Below, piece by piece: positions 12,172-25,402 of a stretch of DNA of 64,000 nt (the stretch's first letter is position 1; every line of letters starts with the position of its first letter). The notes under the pieces are model-generated. The model saw nothing but the letters and a program-made list of their open reading frames with translations, ran no database searches and was not told the DNA's origin. This DNA comes from Ranitomeya imitator (lineage: Eukaryota): contig NC_091283.1 of assembly GCF_032444005.1 (NCBI RefSeq), forward strand, positions 105,772,001 to 105,836,000. The letters are read 5' to 3'. Position numbers and translations under genes: made by a program.

Positions 12172-13443
12172 CTAGATAGTGGCCCGATTCTAACGCATCG
12201 GGTATTCTAGAATATGTATGTAGTTTATTTATGAAGATTTGAGAATAATGCAATGAATACACAGGATTCGGCCGGCCAGCCGGGTGCGACCAATTAGTGA
12301 AGCGTGGTTCAAATCCCGCGCCAATTGGTGGCCGGACTGCATCTGTCGCTGATTGTTTGCGGCCGGCCGGGCACGACTAATCAGTGGAGCCAGGGCGAAC
12401 TCCAGGTTTTTGAGGACTCCGGGCGAAAGAGTCTCACAGCCACGTAGCATATAACACAGGCCACATAGTATATAGCACAGCCCACGTAGTGTATAGCACA
12501 GCCACGTAGTGTATAGGACAGCCATGTAGTATATAGCACAGCTATGTAGTATATAGCACAGGCACGTAGTATATTGCACAGCCACGTAGTTTATAGCACA
12601 GCAGCCGCATAGTATTTATCACAGCCCACGCAGTATATAACACAGGCCATGTAGTATATAACACAGCCACATAGTATATAGCACAGCTGTGTAGTATATT
12701 GCACAGCCACGTAGTATATAACACAGCCACGTAGTATATAGCACAGCCAACGTAGTATATAGCACAGCCCACGTAGTATATTGCACAGCGACGTAGTACA
12801 TAGCACAGCAACATAGTATATAACACAGCCCACGCAATATATAGCACAGCCCACACAGTATGCAACACAGCCCACATAGTATATAGCAATGTGGGCACCA
12901 TATCCCTTTTAAAAAAAGAATTAAAATAAAAAAATAGTTATATACTCACCTTCTGGCGGCCCCTGGATCCAGCGACGCTCTGTTCCCAGTAATGCTTTGC
13001 GGCAATAACCTGTGATGTAGTGATCTCGCGAGACCGCTACGTCATCTCCGGTCATTGCTGCAATGCATTCTTGGGACCAGAGCGTCACGAGGAGTGGGAA
13101 AGACTGATGCGGACGGCGGAAGGTGAGAATATAATGATTTTTTATTATTATTATTTTTAACATTATATGTTTTTACTATTGATGCTGCATAGGCAGCATC
13201 GCTAGTGAAAAGTTGGTCACACTTATAGGGTTAATGGCAGTGTGACTGGACTGCGTTACACCGCGTTGTGCCGCAGTCCATTAACGCAATGTGGGCTCTG
13301 ACTGGAGGGCAGTATGGAGGGGGCACTGACTGGAGGGGAGTAGGGAGGGGTGAATTCGTGGCCGGACTGTGCCTGTCGCTGATCAGCGACATGGGATGTC
13401 CGTAACAGACAAACAGGCAGACAGACAAAGATGATTATATAGA
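12172..13443 (-). mobile_element. Non-autonomous Helitron with internal ~21-bp minisatellite
   Basis: On the minus strand: A|TCTATATAAT...CCCGATGCGTTAGAATCGGG hairpin...CTAG|T; GCACAGCCACGTAGTATATA repeats at ~12440-12890; same family as 25403-26598. Confidence 0.8.
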
Positions 13444-15132
13444 TAGGTCAAAAGATTTCCCCATTTGACACTTAGACCCATAATTATTATACATTATTTA
13501 CATTATACCATCATAATATGTTAGATAATTAGATAATCTGTGATTTTCTATACTGATTTTAATTTGGTGCTTGACACGTCTCCGGAAATCATCCAACGCA
13601 CACAAACCTGACAGCTGCCAAAAAATAAAAGACAAAAATGGATTTAACCAGTCTTTAAATAGAGCAAGAACAATAGATCCTGGGGTCTGGCCAGAGGCAG
13701 TGCAGAGAAGCACAAAGCAAACACTTAGAAACCTAGCTTCACAGGATAAGCAATGATACCTGTCTGGAGCCACAAGGAGCTCCGTCCCAATTTAGAAGTA
13801 TTAAATGTATTCATCTGGAGCTGCTGAAAAGCTTCATCTCCATCCGCCAGACTTATTGCAGGGATTCTCTGTGGCTGTGAGGCCTTGAAATGTATTATTA
13901 GCAAATATCATAGTTTCAAGAAGTAATGCTCGGTGTTAGAAGAACTTGCTGAGGTGCGGCCTTCGTAGTTTTAAAATGTCAGGGCTCTGAGGAAAAGCTA
14001 TGACATAAGCATGTCAGGATTTGCGGAAAAGTGACAATGACTTACGTCCAGGGAAACAGATATCTGAAATGTACTTGTTGTTCCTAGACTGTATCCTATT
14101 CAGTGTTATTCTGAGAATTTAGGCATGAAAGAATCATACTTTAACCTATTGCTCCCAGATGATGTTTAAAGGGAATCTGTCAGTAAGATCAACCCTCTTA
14201 AGCAATCTATATGGACATGTAGGGCATAGGAAGCTGAATAAAATGATACCTTAATATCTGCAATCCAATGTCTTATTCCAGAGAAATCAAAGTGTTTCTT
14301 AATATGCAAATGAGCCGTTAAGATCTATGGGCAGGACAAAGATCTGCACGAGAATCTGCCTCCAGAGATTATTGTAAATGAAAGGGAGTGTTACCGGTGT
14401 GATGTGTAATGGCCGCTCTCTGCTCTCCTAATCTCACTGCAGAGCGGTGTGTGATTATAGCCAACACATCTTGCAGGTTCCTCTCAGCTTCCGCTTCCAT
14501 CTCGCAGTCGGCCAGTACAGTTCAGCAGAGCTGTGAGAACCTCAGTTGCTAACGTGTTTGTAAGGAGACAATGTTCGGCTCTACTATTCTGTTTTAGTTG
14601 TATGTCTCACACTGGTAACTCCCCCTTTCATTCTGTCAAGTGCACAAATGTGAAATACCAGGTATATTAGAAATATGTAGAACTTTTCTCTCATGCACTG
14701 GTTAATGGGGTTGTCCATCAATATGTCAAATGAATGAACCTTTTGGGGACATTATAAAATAACAAACAACCATGCCTCAAATATCATATCCAGTGCTGCC
14801 CCAACTCTGATGTCCCAGTGGTCCCTGCAGTGATAACGTGCCACACCAGTGATACCGGTAAGTACGGTAGTTATCTGCTGTATATACCGTTAATACTACT
14901 GAGGTGAGTGATTAGTTGCAGCATTATTAGTAGACAAAATTTCAACAAAGACCATCATGGACCACATGGATTTGATGAGTAATCGACAATTTTTGTATAA
15001 CATTTTCTGCAGGTACTTTCATTACACTCTAGGTCTAGGACAATCCCTTAAAATACATAAGGCCTCTACAAAGTTACTGTTTGTGAGGTCTTAAATGACT
15101 ATTGTATTTCCAGGAAACTTGATCTTATATAA

Positions 15133-15551
15133 AGGGAATCTGTCAGCAGATTTTTGCTATATAATCTAAGGGCAGCGTGACATAGGGGCTGAGACACTGA
15201 TTTCAGTGATGGTACACTTTTTAAGCTGTTTACTGTTGTTTCAATATAACTGTTTTATTAGCAGAAGATTATCATTACAGGACTACAGCTCATGTGTATC
15301 CTGGTCCAACTCCGCCCCTCCACTGATTATCAGCTTACTATCAATTTAAAATGTACACTGAAAGCTGCTAATGAGAATTGTGGGTGGGGTTAGCTTTCTC
15401 AGCTTTGCTACATGCTACATCTTAAAAACTCTGATTGTGTCCCAACTGCTAGACCTAGAAAACTAAGTGATACATTGTTGGAATCAGGGTCTCTTTTCCT
15501 ACATTATTCTGCTCTCAGATGAGGTAGCAAAAATCTGGTGACAGATTCCCT
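15133..15551. mobile_element. T2-type MITE
   Basis: AGGGAATCTGTCA...TGACAGATTCCCT termini with (A/T)TAA flanks. Confidence 0.7.
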
Positions 15552-16032
15552 TTAACAGGAAATCTGTTTAATAGACAGTCTGCAAACCACTAAAGGTCAC
15601 TCCAAGGTAATGGTTATTCGATGTCTCTCTTTTGACTAACTAGCTGCTTGTTGCCTATTATATAGGAAATCTGTGTTAGCATAAAAGATATCTGAGATGG
15701 ATTACAGGAATTGTGGTGGGGCTTTAATTCTCTGCTCCTTCTCTTCTGTCTATTAAACTGCATGGAGGCATAACAGAAAAGAGGGCTTTTACAGTGAAGG
15801 AAATAAGTATTTGATCCCATGCTGATTCTGTAAGTTTGCCCACTGACAAAGACATGAACAGTCTATAATTATAAGGGTAGGTTAATTTTAACATTGAGAG
15901 ATAGAATAACAAAAATAAAATCCAGGAAATCACATTGTAAAAATTATTTAAATTTATTTGCATTTTGCATTGAGAAATAAGTATTTGATCCCCTACCAAC
16001 CATTACGAGTTCTAGCTCCTACAGACCAGTAA

Positions 16033-16499
16033 GGCCGGCGTCACACTGGCATTTTAAATGGCCGAGTGCAATGCGATAAAAAAATCGCATTGCACTCGGA
16101 CCAATGTTAAGCTATGGGGCAGCTCCCACCAGCCGACTTTTTGTCGGCCGTTTTCCTCGGTCCGAGACAATCGCAGCATGCTGCGATTGTCTCGGACCAA
16201 GGAAAACTCTCGGCTCACTCGCACCCATATAAGCCTATGGGTGCGAGTGAGACAGCGCACACCACTCAGATATCATCCGAGTGATGTGCGTTATAAGGGG
16301 ACCCCAGCAATGAAGGAGATGGAGAAATTAGTTTCTCCGCCTCCTCCGCAGCTGTGCTCCGATCCTCCCGGTGTGAGAAAATCGGAGCACAGACGCATGA
16401 CACTCGGCTCCTGCTCTGCTGCGAGCAGGAGCCGAGTGTCATTAGCATATCGCATCCGATGATCTCGCATCGGTGCAATACGCCAGTGTGACGCCAGCC
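16033..16499. mobile_element. PIF/Harbinger-type MITE inside Tc1
   Basis: TIR GGCCGGCGTCACACT / AGTGTGACGCCAGCC; TAA/TTA flanks; Tc1 sequence is continuous across it. Confidence 0.8.
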
Positions 16500-17559
16500 T
16501 TAGACGCTCCTAATCAACTCGTTACCTGGGCAAGACAAAAGAGCTTTCTAAGGATAACAGGGACAAAGTCATAGACCTGAACAAAGCTGAAATGGCCTAC
16601 AAAACCATAAGTAAAGCGCTGGGTGAAAGGGGTCAGTTGGTGCAATAGTAAGAAAATGGAAGAAATACAAAATAACTGTCAATCAACAGTGATCTCGGGC
16701 ACTATGCAAAATCTCATCTCGTGGGGTATCATTGATCATGAGGAAGGTGAGAAATCAGACTAAAACTACACCAGGGAACTTGTTAATAATCTCAAGGCAG
16801 CTGGGACCACTGTCATCAAGAAAACCATTTGTCACACATTACGCCGTAAAGGTTTAACCCCTTTTACAACCAGAGGTATTTTTGGTTTTGCATTTTCACT
16901 TTTTGCTCCCCTTCTTCCCAGAGCCATAACTTTTGAACGACACCATTGGTTCACCATATCGTGTACTAGAATACGGGAAAAAATTCCTAGTGCGGTGAAA
17001 TTGCAAAAAAAAAAGTGCAATCCCACACTTGTTTTTTGTTTTGCTTTTCTACTAGTCTTACTGAATGCTAAAACTGACCTGCCGATATGATTCTCCTGGT
17101 CATTACAAGTTCATAGACACCAAACATGTCTAGGTTCTTTTTTATCTAAGTGGTGAAAAAAAAATCCAAACTTTGTTAAAAAAAAATAAAAAATTGTTCC
17201 ATTTTCTGATACCCATAGTATCTCCATTTTTTGTGATCTCGGGTTACGTGTGCACTTATTTTTTGCGTGCCGAGTAGTGTTGAGCATTCCGATACTGCAA
17301 ATATCGGGTATCGGCCAATATTCAGTGTATCGGAGTTCTGATAATGAGTTCCAATATTTTTACAATATCGAATACCGGAATCGGAAGTTCCCATAATGCA
17401 ATGAGCCAGTTGAGGATCCTAAGAAGTGTGGACACATCCTGTTAGGCATGTTAGCCATGTTAACTAATGTCATGGCTGTGATTGGCTGCTGAAATGATGT
17501 CATGATGTCATGTAATGGAGTGTGGGAGGTGCGTGGGCGGAGACTGCATGTCTGTGTGT

Positions 17560-19030
17560 GCGGGCAGGGTCTATGCGTGACCCTGCGGGGTCTTTGCGGG
17601 CCTGCCGGGGGTCTGTATGGGCCTGCTGGGGGTCTGTGCGGGTTGCCGGGGGTCTGTGCGGGTTGCCGGGGGTCTGTGCGGGCCTGCCGGGGGTCTGTGC
17701 GGGCCTCTCGGGTGTTGTGTATACCGGAAACCAATACAAGTCAATGAGACAAATATCGGAATGAAAATAAACCCTTTCTTTCCTTGTACATCCCTGTCGG
17801 GAGGGGGGAAGAATGTGGGCGGTGCGTGGGCGGACACTGTACGTGTCTGTGTGTGCGGGCGGGGTCTGTACGGCCTCTCAGGGTCTGTGCGGGCCTGTCG
17901 GGGCCTGTACGGGCCTCTCAGGGGTCTGCACGGGCCTGCCAGGGGTCTGTACGGGCCTCTTGGTGTCTGTGCGGGGCTGCCAGGGTTCTGTGCGGGCCTA
18001 CCGGGGCCTGTACGGGCCTGTCGAGGGTCTGTGCGGGCCTGCCGGGGGTCTGTATGGGCCTGCCGGGGGTCTGTGTGGGCTGCCGGGGGTCTGTGCGGGC
18101 CTCTTGGGTGTTGTGTATACCGGAAACCAATGCAAGTTAATGAGACACAAATATCGGAATGAAAATAAACCCTTTCTTTCCTTGTACATCCCTGTTGGGA
18201 GGGGGGAAGAATGTGGGCGGTGCGTGGGCGGACACTGTACGTGTCTGTGTGTGCGGGCGGGGTCTGTACGGCCTCTCAGGGTCTGTGCGGGCCTGTCGGG
18301 GCCTGTACAGGCCTCTCAGGGGTCTGCACGGGCCTGCCAGGTGTCTGTACGGGCCTCTTGGTGTCTGTGCGGGGCTGCCGGGGGTCTGTACGGGCCGCTC
18401 GGGGTTCTGTGCGGGCCTGCCGGGGCCTGTACGGGCCTGTCGGGGCCTGTACGGGCCTCTCAGGGGTCTGCACGGGCCTGCCAGGGGTCTGTACGGGCCT
18501 CTTGGTGTCTGTGCAGGGCTGCCGGGGTTCTGTGCAGGCCTACCGGGGCCTGTACGGGCCTGTCGAGGGTCTGTGCGGGCCTGCCGGGGGTCTGTATGGG
18601 CCTGCCGGGGGTCTGTGTGGGCTGCCGGGGGTCTGTGCGGGCCTCTTGGGTGTTGTGTATACCGGAAACCAATGCAAGTTAATGAGACACAAATATCGGA
18701 ATGAAAATAAACCCTTTCTTTCCTTGTACATCCCTGTCGGGAGGGGGGAAGAATGTGGGCGGTGCGTGGGCGGACACTGTACGTGTCTGTGTGTGCGGGC
18801 GGGGTCTGTACGGCCTCTCAGGGTCTGTGCGGGCCTGTCGGGGCCTGTACGGGCCTCTCAGGGGTCTGCACGGGCCTGCCAGGGGTCTGTACGGGCCTCT
18901 TGGTGTCTGTGCGGGGCTGCCGGGGGTCTGTACGGGCCGCTCGGGGTTCTGTGCGGGCCTGCCGGGGCCTGTACGGGCCTGTCGGGGGTCTGTGCGGGCC
19001 TGCCGTGGGTCTGTGTGGGCCTCTCGGGGG
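17560..19030. repeat. GC-rich ~19-20-bp minisatellite in higher-order blocks
   Basis: GGGTCTGTGCGGGCCTGCCG-like units; marker ATGAAAATAAACCCTTTC recurs at 17761, 18159 and 18701 (398- and 542-bp periods). Confidence 0.9.
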
Positions 19031-19169
19031 GTCTTTGTGTCTGTGTGCAGGCATTGTCCGATGGGACTACAAGTCCCATCGGGCTATGCCTGCTACAATG
19101 ACAGTGATTGACACATTAGCCAATGATGGGACAGTAGTAGTCCCATCATCCGGCTAATGTGTTGAATGT

Positions 19170-19470
19170 GAAAAACTACATACATACTACATACATACAT
19201 GCAACATACAGTACATACTACATACATACATACATACTACATACATACTACATACATGCAACATACTATATACATACAATATACTATATACATACTACAT
19301 ACATACAACATACATACTACATACATACATACAACATACTACATACATACGACATACATACTACATACATACAACATACTATATACATACTACATACATA
19401 CTACATTCATACATTACATGCAATACATTCATACATAACATACAATACATACATACAGACATACAGTACA
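19170..19470. repeat. (CATA/TAC)-rich simple repeat; inverted counterpart at ~22740-22910
   Basis: Direct reading of the sequence. Confidence 0.9.
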
Positions 19471-20079
19471 TATAACATAGAGTTCATACTCACCATCACA
19501 TGTCACTTTGATCCCCGAAGCCAGTGTCATCTGTAAAAAATATTAACATAACAAACAAACAATATACTCTCTGATCCGCTGAAATCCACAAGTGTCCCAC
19601 GATGATCTCCCGTGGGGAATAGCAGAATCAGCTGATGCGAACGCTCTCTAGGGCCTCCAGGAATATAATGACGAGAGGAAGGTATCCTTCAGCACTGTAT
19701 TCCTCCACCGCTGTAAAAAAAATAGTCCCTAGTCTCACTTTTGGCATTGCTGTGTGAGAAGGTTCCCACACAGCAATTCCATAAAATGAGACCCTTAACT
19801 ATAGTAACCTCTCAGTGATGCACTACAGGAGCCATTGTCTCCTGTCAGTGTGTCACTGAGGGTCCAATAGAGCAGTGACATCACCCGATGTCACTGCTCT
19901 ATAGGGAAGATCATCGTGGGACACTCGTTATTAATTGGACTGCGTCGGACAGGGAGTATACGGTTTATTATTTTACGTTTTTTGCAGGTGCTGAAGTATG
20001 GTAAGTATGGTTAAATGAAGAATATTAAAATACTTTTTGCTGGCTGTGTCTTTATTTTTTTTAAACTCTTTCACTATTG

Positions 20080-21834
20080 ACATAGTAACATAGTAACATA
20101 GTTAGTAAGGCCGAAAAAAGACATTTGTCCATCCAGCTCAGCCTATATTCCATCATAATAAATCCCCAGATTTAGGTCCTTCTACAGAACCTAATAATTG
20201 TATGATACAATATTGTTCTGCTCCAGGAAGACATCCAGGCCTCTCTTGAACCCCTCGACTGAGTTCGCCATCACCACCTCCTCAGGCAAGCAATTCCAGA
20301 TTCTCACTGCCCTAACAGTAAAGAATCCTCTTCTATGTTGGTGGAAAAACCTTCTCTCCTCCAGACGCAAAGAATGCCCCCTTGTGCCCGTCACTTTCCT
20401 TGGTATAAACAGATCCTCAGCGAGATATTTGTATTGTCCCCTTATATACTTATACATGGTTATTAGATCGCCCCTCAGTCGTCGTCTTTTTTCTAGACTA
20501 AATAATCCTAATTTCGCTAATCTATCTAGGTATTGTAGTTCTCCCATCCCCTTTATTAATTTTGTTGCCCTCCTTTGTACTCTCTCTAGTTCCATTATAT
20601 CCTTCCTGAGCACCGGTGCCCAAAACTGGACACAGTACTCCATGTGCGGTCTAACTAGGGATTTGTACAGAGACAGTATAATGCTCTCATCATGTGTATC
20701 CAGACCTCTTTTAATGCACCCCATGATCCTGTTTGCCTTGGCAGCTGCTGCCTGGCACTGGCTACTCCAGGTAAGTTTATCATTAACTAGGATCCCCAAG
20801 TCCTTCTCCCTGTCAGATTTACCCAGTGGTTTCCCGTTCAGTGTGTAATGGTGATATTGATTCCTTCTTCCCATGTGTATAACCTTACATTTATCATTGT
20901 TAAACCTCATCTGCCACCTTTCAGCCCAAGTTTCCAACCTATCCAGATCCATCTGTAGCAGAATACTATCTTCTCTTGTATTAACTGCTTTACATAGTTT
21001 TGTATCATCTGCAAATATCGATATTTTACTGTGTAAACCTTCTACCAGATCATTAATGAATATGTTGAAGAGAACAGGTCCCAATACCGACCCCTGCGGT
21101 ACCCCACTGGTCACAGCGACCCAGTTAGAGACTATACCATTTATAACCACCCTCTGCTTTCTATCACTAAGCCAGTTACTAACCCATTTACACACATTTT
21201 CCCCCAGACCAAGCATTCTCATTTTGTGTACCAACCTCTTGTGCAGCACGGTATCAAACGCTTTGGAAAAATCGAGATATACAACGTCCAATGACTCACT
21301 GTTGTCCAGCCTATAGCTTACCTCTTCATAAAAACTGATTAGATTGGTTTGACAGGATCGATTTCTCATAAACCCATGCTGATATGGGGTTAAACAGTTA
21401 TTCTCATTGAGATAATCCAGAATAACATCCCTCAGAAACCCTTCAAATATTTTACCAACAATAGAGGTTAGACTTACTGGCCTATAATTTCCGGGTTCAC
21501 TTTTAGAGCCCTTTTTGAATATTGGCACCACATTTGCTATGCGCCAGTCCTGCGGAACAGACCCCGTCGCTATAGAGTCCCTAAAAATAAGAAATAATGG
21601 TTTATCTATTACATTACTTAGTTCTCTTAGTACTCGTGGGTGTATGCCATCCGGACCCGAAGATTTATCTATTTTGATCTTATTTAGCCGGTTTCGCACC
21701 TCTTCTTGGGTTAGATTGGTGACCCTTAATATAGCGTTTTCATTGTTTCTTGGGATTTCACCTAGCATTTCATTTTCTGCCGTGAATACCGTGGAGAAGA
21801 AGGTGTTTAATATGTTAGCTTTTTCCTCGTCATC
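20080..21834 (-). mobile_element. 5'-truncated CR1 LINE
   Basis: 3' tail of ATGTTACT-type repeats at 20080-20105; contains the RT ORF. Confidence 0.95.
20191..21768 (-). CDS. CR1 ORF2 C-terminal part (reverse transcriptase), open but lacking the endonuclease
   Basis: 525-codon open frame with KSSGPDGIHP, PGNYRPVSLTS, YLDFSKAFD, GVPQGSVLGP and FADDTKL motifs. Confidence 0.92.
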   Translation of the reverse strand: MLGEIPRNNENAILRVTNLTQEEVRNRLNKIKIDKSSGPDGIHPRVLRELSNVIDKPLFLIFRDSIATGSVPQDWRIANVVPIFKKGSKSEPGNYRPVSLTSIVGKIFEGFLRDVILDYLNENNCLTPYQHGFMRNRSCQTNLISFYEEVSYRLDNSESLDVVYLDFSKAFDTVLHKRLVHKMRMLGLGENVCKWVSNWLSDRKQRVVINGIVSNWVAVTSGVPQGSVLGPVLFNIFINDLVEGLHSKISIFADDTKLCKAVNTREDSILLQMDLDRLETWAERWQMRFNNDKCKVIHMGRRNQYHHYTLNGKPLGKSDREKDLGILVNDKLTWSSQCQAAAAKANRIMGCIKRGLDTHDESIILSLYKSLVRPHMEYCVQFWAPVLRKDIMELERVQRRATKLIKGMGELQYLDRLAKLGLFSLEKRRRLRGDLITMYKYIRGQYKYLAEDLFIPRKVTGTRGHSLRLEERRFFHQHRRGFFTVRAVRIWNCLPEEVVMANSVEGFKRGLDVFLEQNNIVSYNY

Positions 21835-24800
21835 CCCCTATATTTTATAGCCAGAAAGGCTACGCAGACAGCTGCAGGCTGATATTCATAGCCTAGAGAG
21901 GGGCCATGGATATTGCCCGCCCGGCTACAAATACCAGTCCGCAGCCACCCCAGAAATGGCGCATCTGTAAGATACGCCAATTCCGGCACTTAGCCCTTCT
22001 CTTCCCATTCCCGTGTAGTGGTGGGATATGGGGTAATAAGGGGTTAATGTCACCTTGCTATTGTAAGGTGACATTAAGCCGAGTTAATAATGGAGAGGCG
22101 TCAATAAGATGCCTATCCAGTATTAATCCTACAGTAGTGAAAGAGTTAAAAAAAAAATAAAGACACAGCCAGAAAAAAAGTATTTTAATATTCTTAATTT
22201 AACCATACTTACCATACTTCAGCGCCTGCAAAAAACGCAAAATAATAAACCGTATACTACCTGTCTGCCGTAGTCCAATTAATAACGAGTGTCCCATGAA
22301 GATCTCCCCTATAAAACAGTGACATCGGGTGATGTCACTGCTCTATTGGACCCTCAGTGACACACTGACAGGAGACAATGGCTCCTGCAGTGCATCACTG
22401 AGAGGTTACTATAGTTCAGGGTCTCACTTTACGGCAAAAGCTGCGTGGGAATCTTCTCACATAGCAATGCCAAAAGTGAGACTAGGGGCTATTTTTTTAC
22501 AGCGGTGGAGGAATACAGTGCGGAAGGATACCTTCCTCTCGTCATTGTATTCCTGGAGCCCTTAGAGAGCGGTCGCATCAGCTGATGCTGCCGTTCTCCA
22601 CGGGAGATCGTCGTGGGACACTCGTGGATTTCTGCGGACAGGGAGTATATTGTTTGGTTGTTATTTTAATATTTTTTACAGATGACACTGGCTTTGGGGA
22701 TCAAAGTGACAAGTGATGGTAAGTATGTACTCTGTTATATGTACTGTATGTCTATATGTATGTAATGTATGAATGTATTGTATGTAGTATGTATGTATTA
22801 TGTATGTAGCATGTATATAGTATGTATGTTGTATGTATATATGTAGTATGTATGTAGTATGTATGTATGTAGTATGTATGTAGTATGTACAGTATGTAGT
22901 ATGTATGTTTTTTTGTTTGTTTTTTTTTACATTCAAAACATAAGCCGGATGATGGGACTACTACTGTCCCATCATTGGCTAATGTGTCAATCACTGTCAT
23001 TGTAGCAGGCATAGCCCGATGGGACTTGTAGTCCCATCGGACAATGCCTGCACACAGACACAAAGACCCCCCGAGAGGCCCGTACAGACCCACGGCAGAC
23101 CCGCACAGACTCCTGAGAAGCCTGTACAGACCCCCGGCAGGCCTGCACAGACCCCCAAGAGGCCTGTACAGGCCCCCGGCAGGCCCGTGCAGACCCCTGA
23201 GAGGCCTGTACAGGCCCTGGCAGGCCCGCACAGACCCCAAGAGGCCGTACAGACCCCGCCCGCACACACAGACACGTACAGTGTCTGCCCACGCACCGCC
23301 CACATTCTCCCCCCCTCCTGACAGGGATGTACAAGGAAAGAAAGGGTTTATTTTCATTCCAATATTTGTGTCTCATTGACTTGCATTGGTTTCCGGTATC
23401 GGAATCGGCGATACCCGATATTTTTTGGGTATCGGTCCGATCCAATCCGATCCGATATTTCCTGATATCGGAAGGTATTGCTCAACACTAGTGCCGAGCT
23501 GATATTTTTAATGATACCATTTTGGTGCAGATACGATCGTTTGATCACCCGTTATTGCATTTTGATGTAATGTCACGACGACCAAAAAAAATGTATTTCT
23601 GGTGTTCTGACTTTAGCAATTAAGTTAATCCTTTTTTTTATTGATAGATCGGGCGATCTTAAATGCGGCGATGCCAAATATGGGTATGTTTGATTTTTTT
23701 ATTGCTTTACTTTGAATGGGGCGAAAGGGGGGTGATTTGAACTTTTATTTTTTAAAATTTTTTATATTTTTTAAAACATTTTTTTACTTTTGCAATGCTT
23801 CAATTGTCTCACTAGAAGTTGCCATAACCTGATCAGTTCTGTTACATGCAGGCGATGATCAGTTCACCTGTATGTAGCTGAATTACTCACTTGCTATGAG
23901 CGCTGACCACTGGGTGACACTCACAGCAAGCCGGCAGTGAACCATAGAGGTCTCCAGGAGAAATCTGGTTGTCATGCCAACCTATCAGTGACCCGCAATC
24001 ACGTGACGAGGGCCACCAATGGGCGGATTTCCGGCTCGATTGTGCATGTTTGACAGCAGCATTTAACGGGTTAATAGCCGTGGGTGGATCGCGATTCCAC
24101 CCATGGCTGTTTCGGTCACATGTCAGCTGTTCAAAACAGCTGACATACCAGGAAATATGTGGACTCACCGCCGGAGCCCACATCAAAGGGAGGGTGTTCG
24201 ACATCGGCGTACTTTTCCGCCCAATGTTGGAAAGGGATTAAAATCCTGCAATGTCCACAAGGCCCTCCTGCTCAAGAAGGCAAATATGCAGGCCTGTCTG
24301 AAGTTTGCCAATAAAAACCCGGATGATTCTCTGAGTCATTGGGAGAAGGTGCTGTGGTTAGATGAGACAAAAACTGAGCTCTTTAGCATTAACGCAACCC
24401 GCCATGTTTGGAGGAAGAGAAATGCTGCCTTTGACCCAAAGAACACTGTCCCCACTGTCAAGCATGGAGGTGGAAACATTATGTTTTGGGGGGTTTCTCT
24501 GCTAAGGGCACAGGACTACTTCACCGTATCAATGGGACAATGGATGGAGCCATTTACCATAAAATCCTGAATGACAACTTCCTTCCCTCCACCAGGACAT
24601 TAAAAATGGGTCATGGCTGGGTCTTCCAGCAGGACAATAACCCAAAACATACAGCCAAAGCAACAAGGGAGTGGCTCAAAAGAAGCACATTAAGGTCATG
24701 GAGTGGCCTAGCCAGTCTCCAGACCTTAATCCCATAGAAAGCTTATGGAGGGAGTTCAAGCTCTGAGTTGCCAAGTGACAGCCTCAAAATCTTTATGATT

Positions 24801-25402
24801 TAGAGATGATCTGAAAAGAGGAGTGGACCAAAATTCCTCCTGACATGTGCACAAACAACATCATTAACTACAAAAAATGTATGACTGCTGTGCTTGCCAA
24901 GAAGGGTTTTGCCACCAAGTATTAAGTTAAGTCTTGTTTGCCAGAGGGAACAAATACTTATTTCTCACTGCAAAATGCAAATAAATTTATGTAATTTATA
25001 CAATGTGATTTTCTGGATTTTATTTTTGATATTCTATCTCTCAATGTTAAAATTAACCTACCCTTGAAATTACAGATAAGTTCACGTCTTTGTCAGTGGG
25101 CAAACTTATAAAATCAGCAAGGGATCAATAAATTATTTCCTTCACTGTATTATAGAATAGTCAAGAGAATGACAGGAGAAAGACATGCTGGGAGTGAGGG
25201 AAAAGAAGTTCTTGCACCTATAGTGCGGCACAATGTTGATAAAGAGGAATCGCCCACTAAAGAAGACTCAGTAGCAAGGTAAAAGGCCTGAGTATGAGGA
25301 CAGTTCTTACTGGACTGGCACTTGAAGCAAAGGCAATGTGCTTTGTTGTAGAGAATGAGGCTATACTAATCTACAGGCTTTAGATGAAAACACAAGTACG
25401 CA

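Larger units (their letters stand above)
17275..23490. mobile_element. Non-autonomous hAT with long inverted (fold-back) arms
   Basis: TIR TAGTGTTGAGCA / TGCTCAACACTA; perfect 8-bp TSD GTGCCGAG (17267-17274, 23491-23498); ~18700-20075 is inverted-repeated at ~22130-23400. Confidence 0.9.
16858..24237. mobile_element. piggyBac-like non-autonomous element (~1.16 kb once the nested hAT is removed)
   Basis: TTAA|CCCCTTTTACAAC...GTTGGAAAGGGA|TTAA; Tc1 coding sequence rejoins across the TTAA. Confidence 0.75.
16526..24925 (+). pseudogene. Tc1 transposase, split (16526-16853 and 24242-24925) and frameshifted
   Basis: GKTKELSKD N-terminus; [29 protein letters not shown] and [10 protein letters not shown] motifs in different frames. 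Confidence 0.85.
15792..25147 (+). mobile_element. Tc1 element (~1.5 kb) expanded by nested insertions
   Basis: TA|CAGTGAAGGAAATAAGTATTTGATCCC...TTTCCTTCACTG|TA with ~200-bp TIRs; removing the nested elements leaves ~1500 bp. Confidence 0.9.

Noticed and set aside
14046-14063. 18-nt minus-strand micro-exon (CAG...GTAAGT)
   Set aside because: Weak pyrimidine tract; such motif pairs are expected by chance in 64 kb.
17500-19111. Many overlapping 60-296 aa G/C/R/P-rich ORFs
   Set aside because: Products of stop-poor GC minisatellites; the same applies to ORFs at 12500-12900, 26150-26550, 37100-38240 and 54670-56450.
20198-21850. Plus-strand ORFs of 216, 147 and 111 aa
   Set aside because: Antisense shadows of the CR1 RT frame with no domain motifs.
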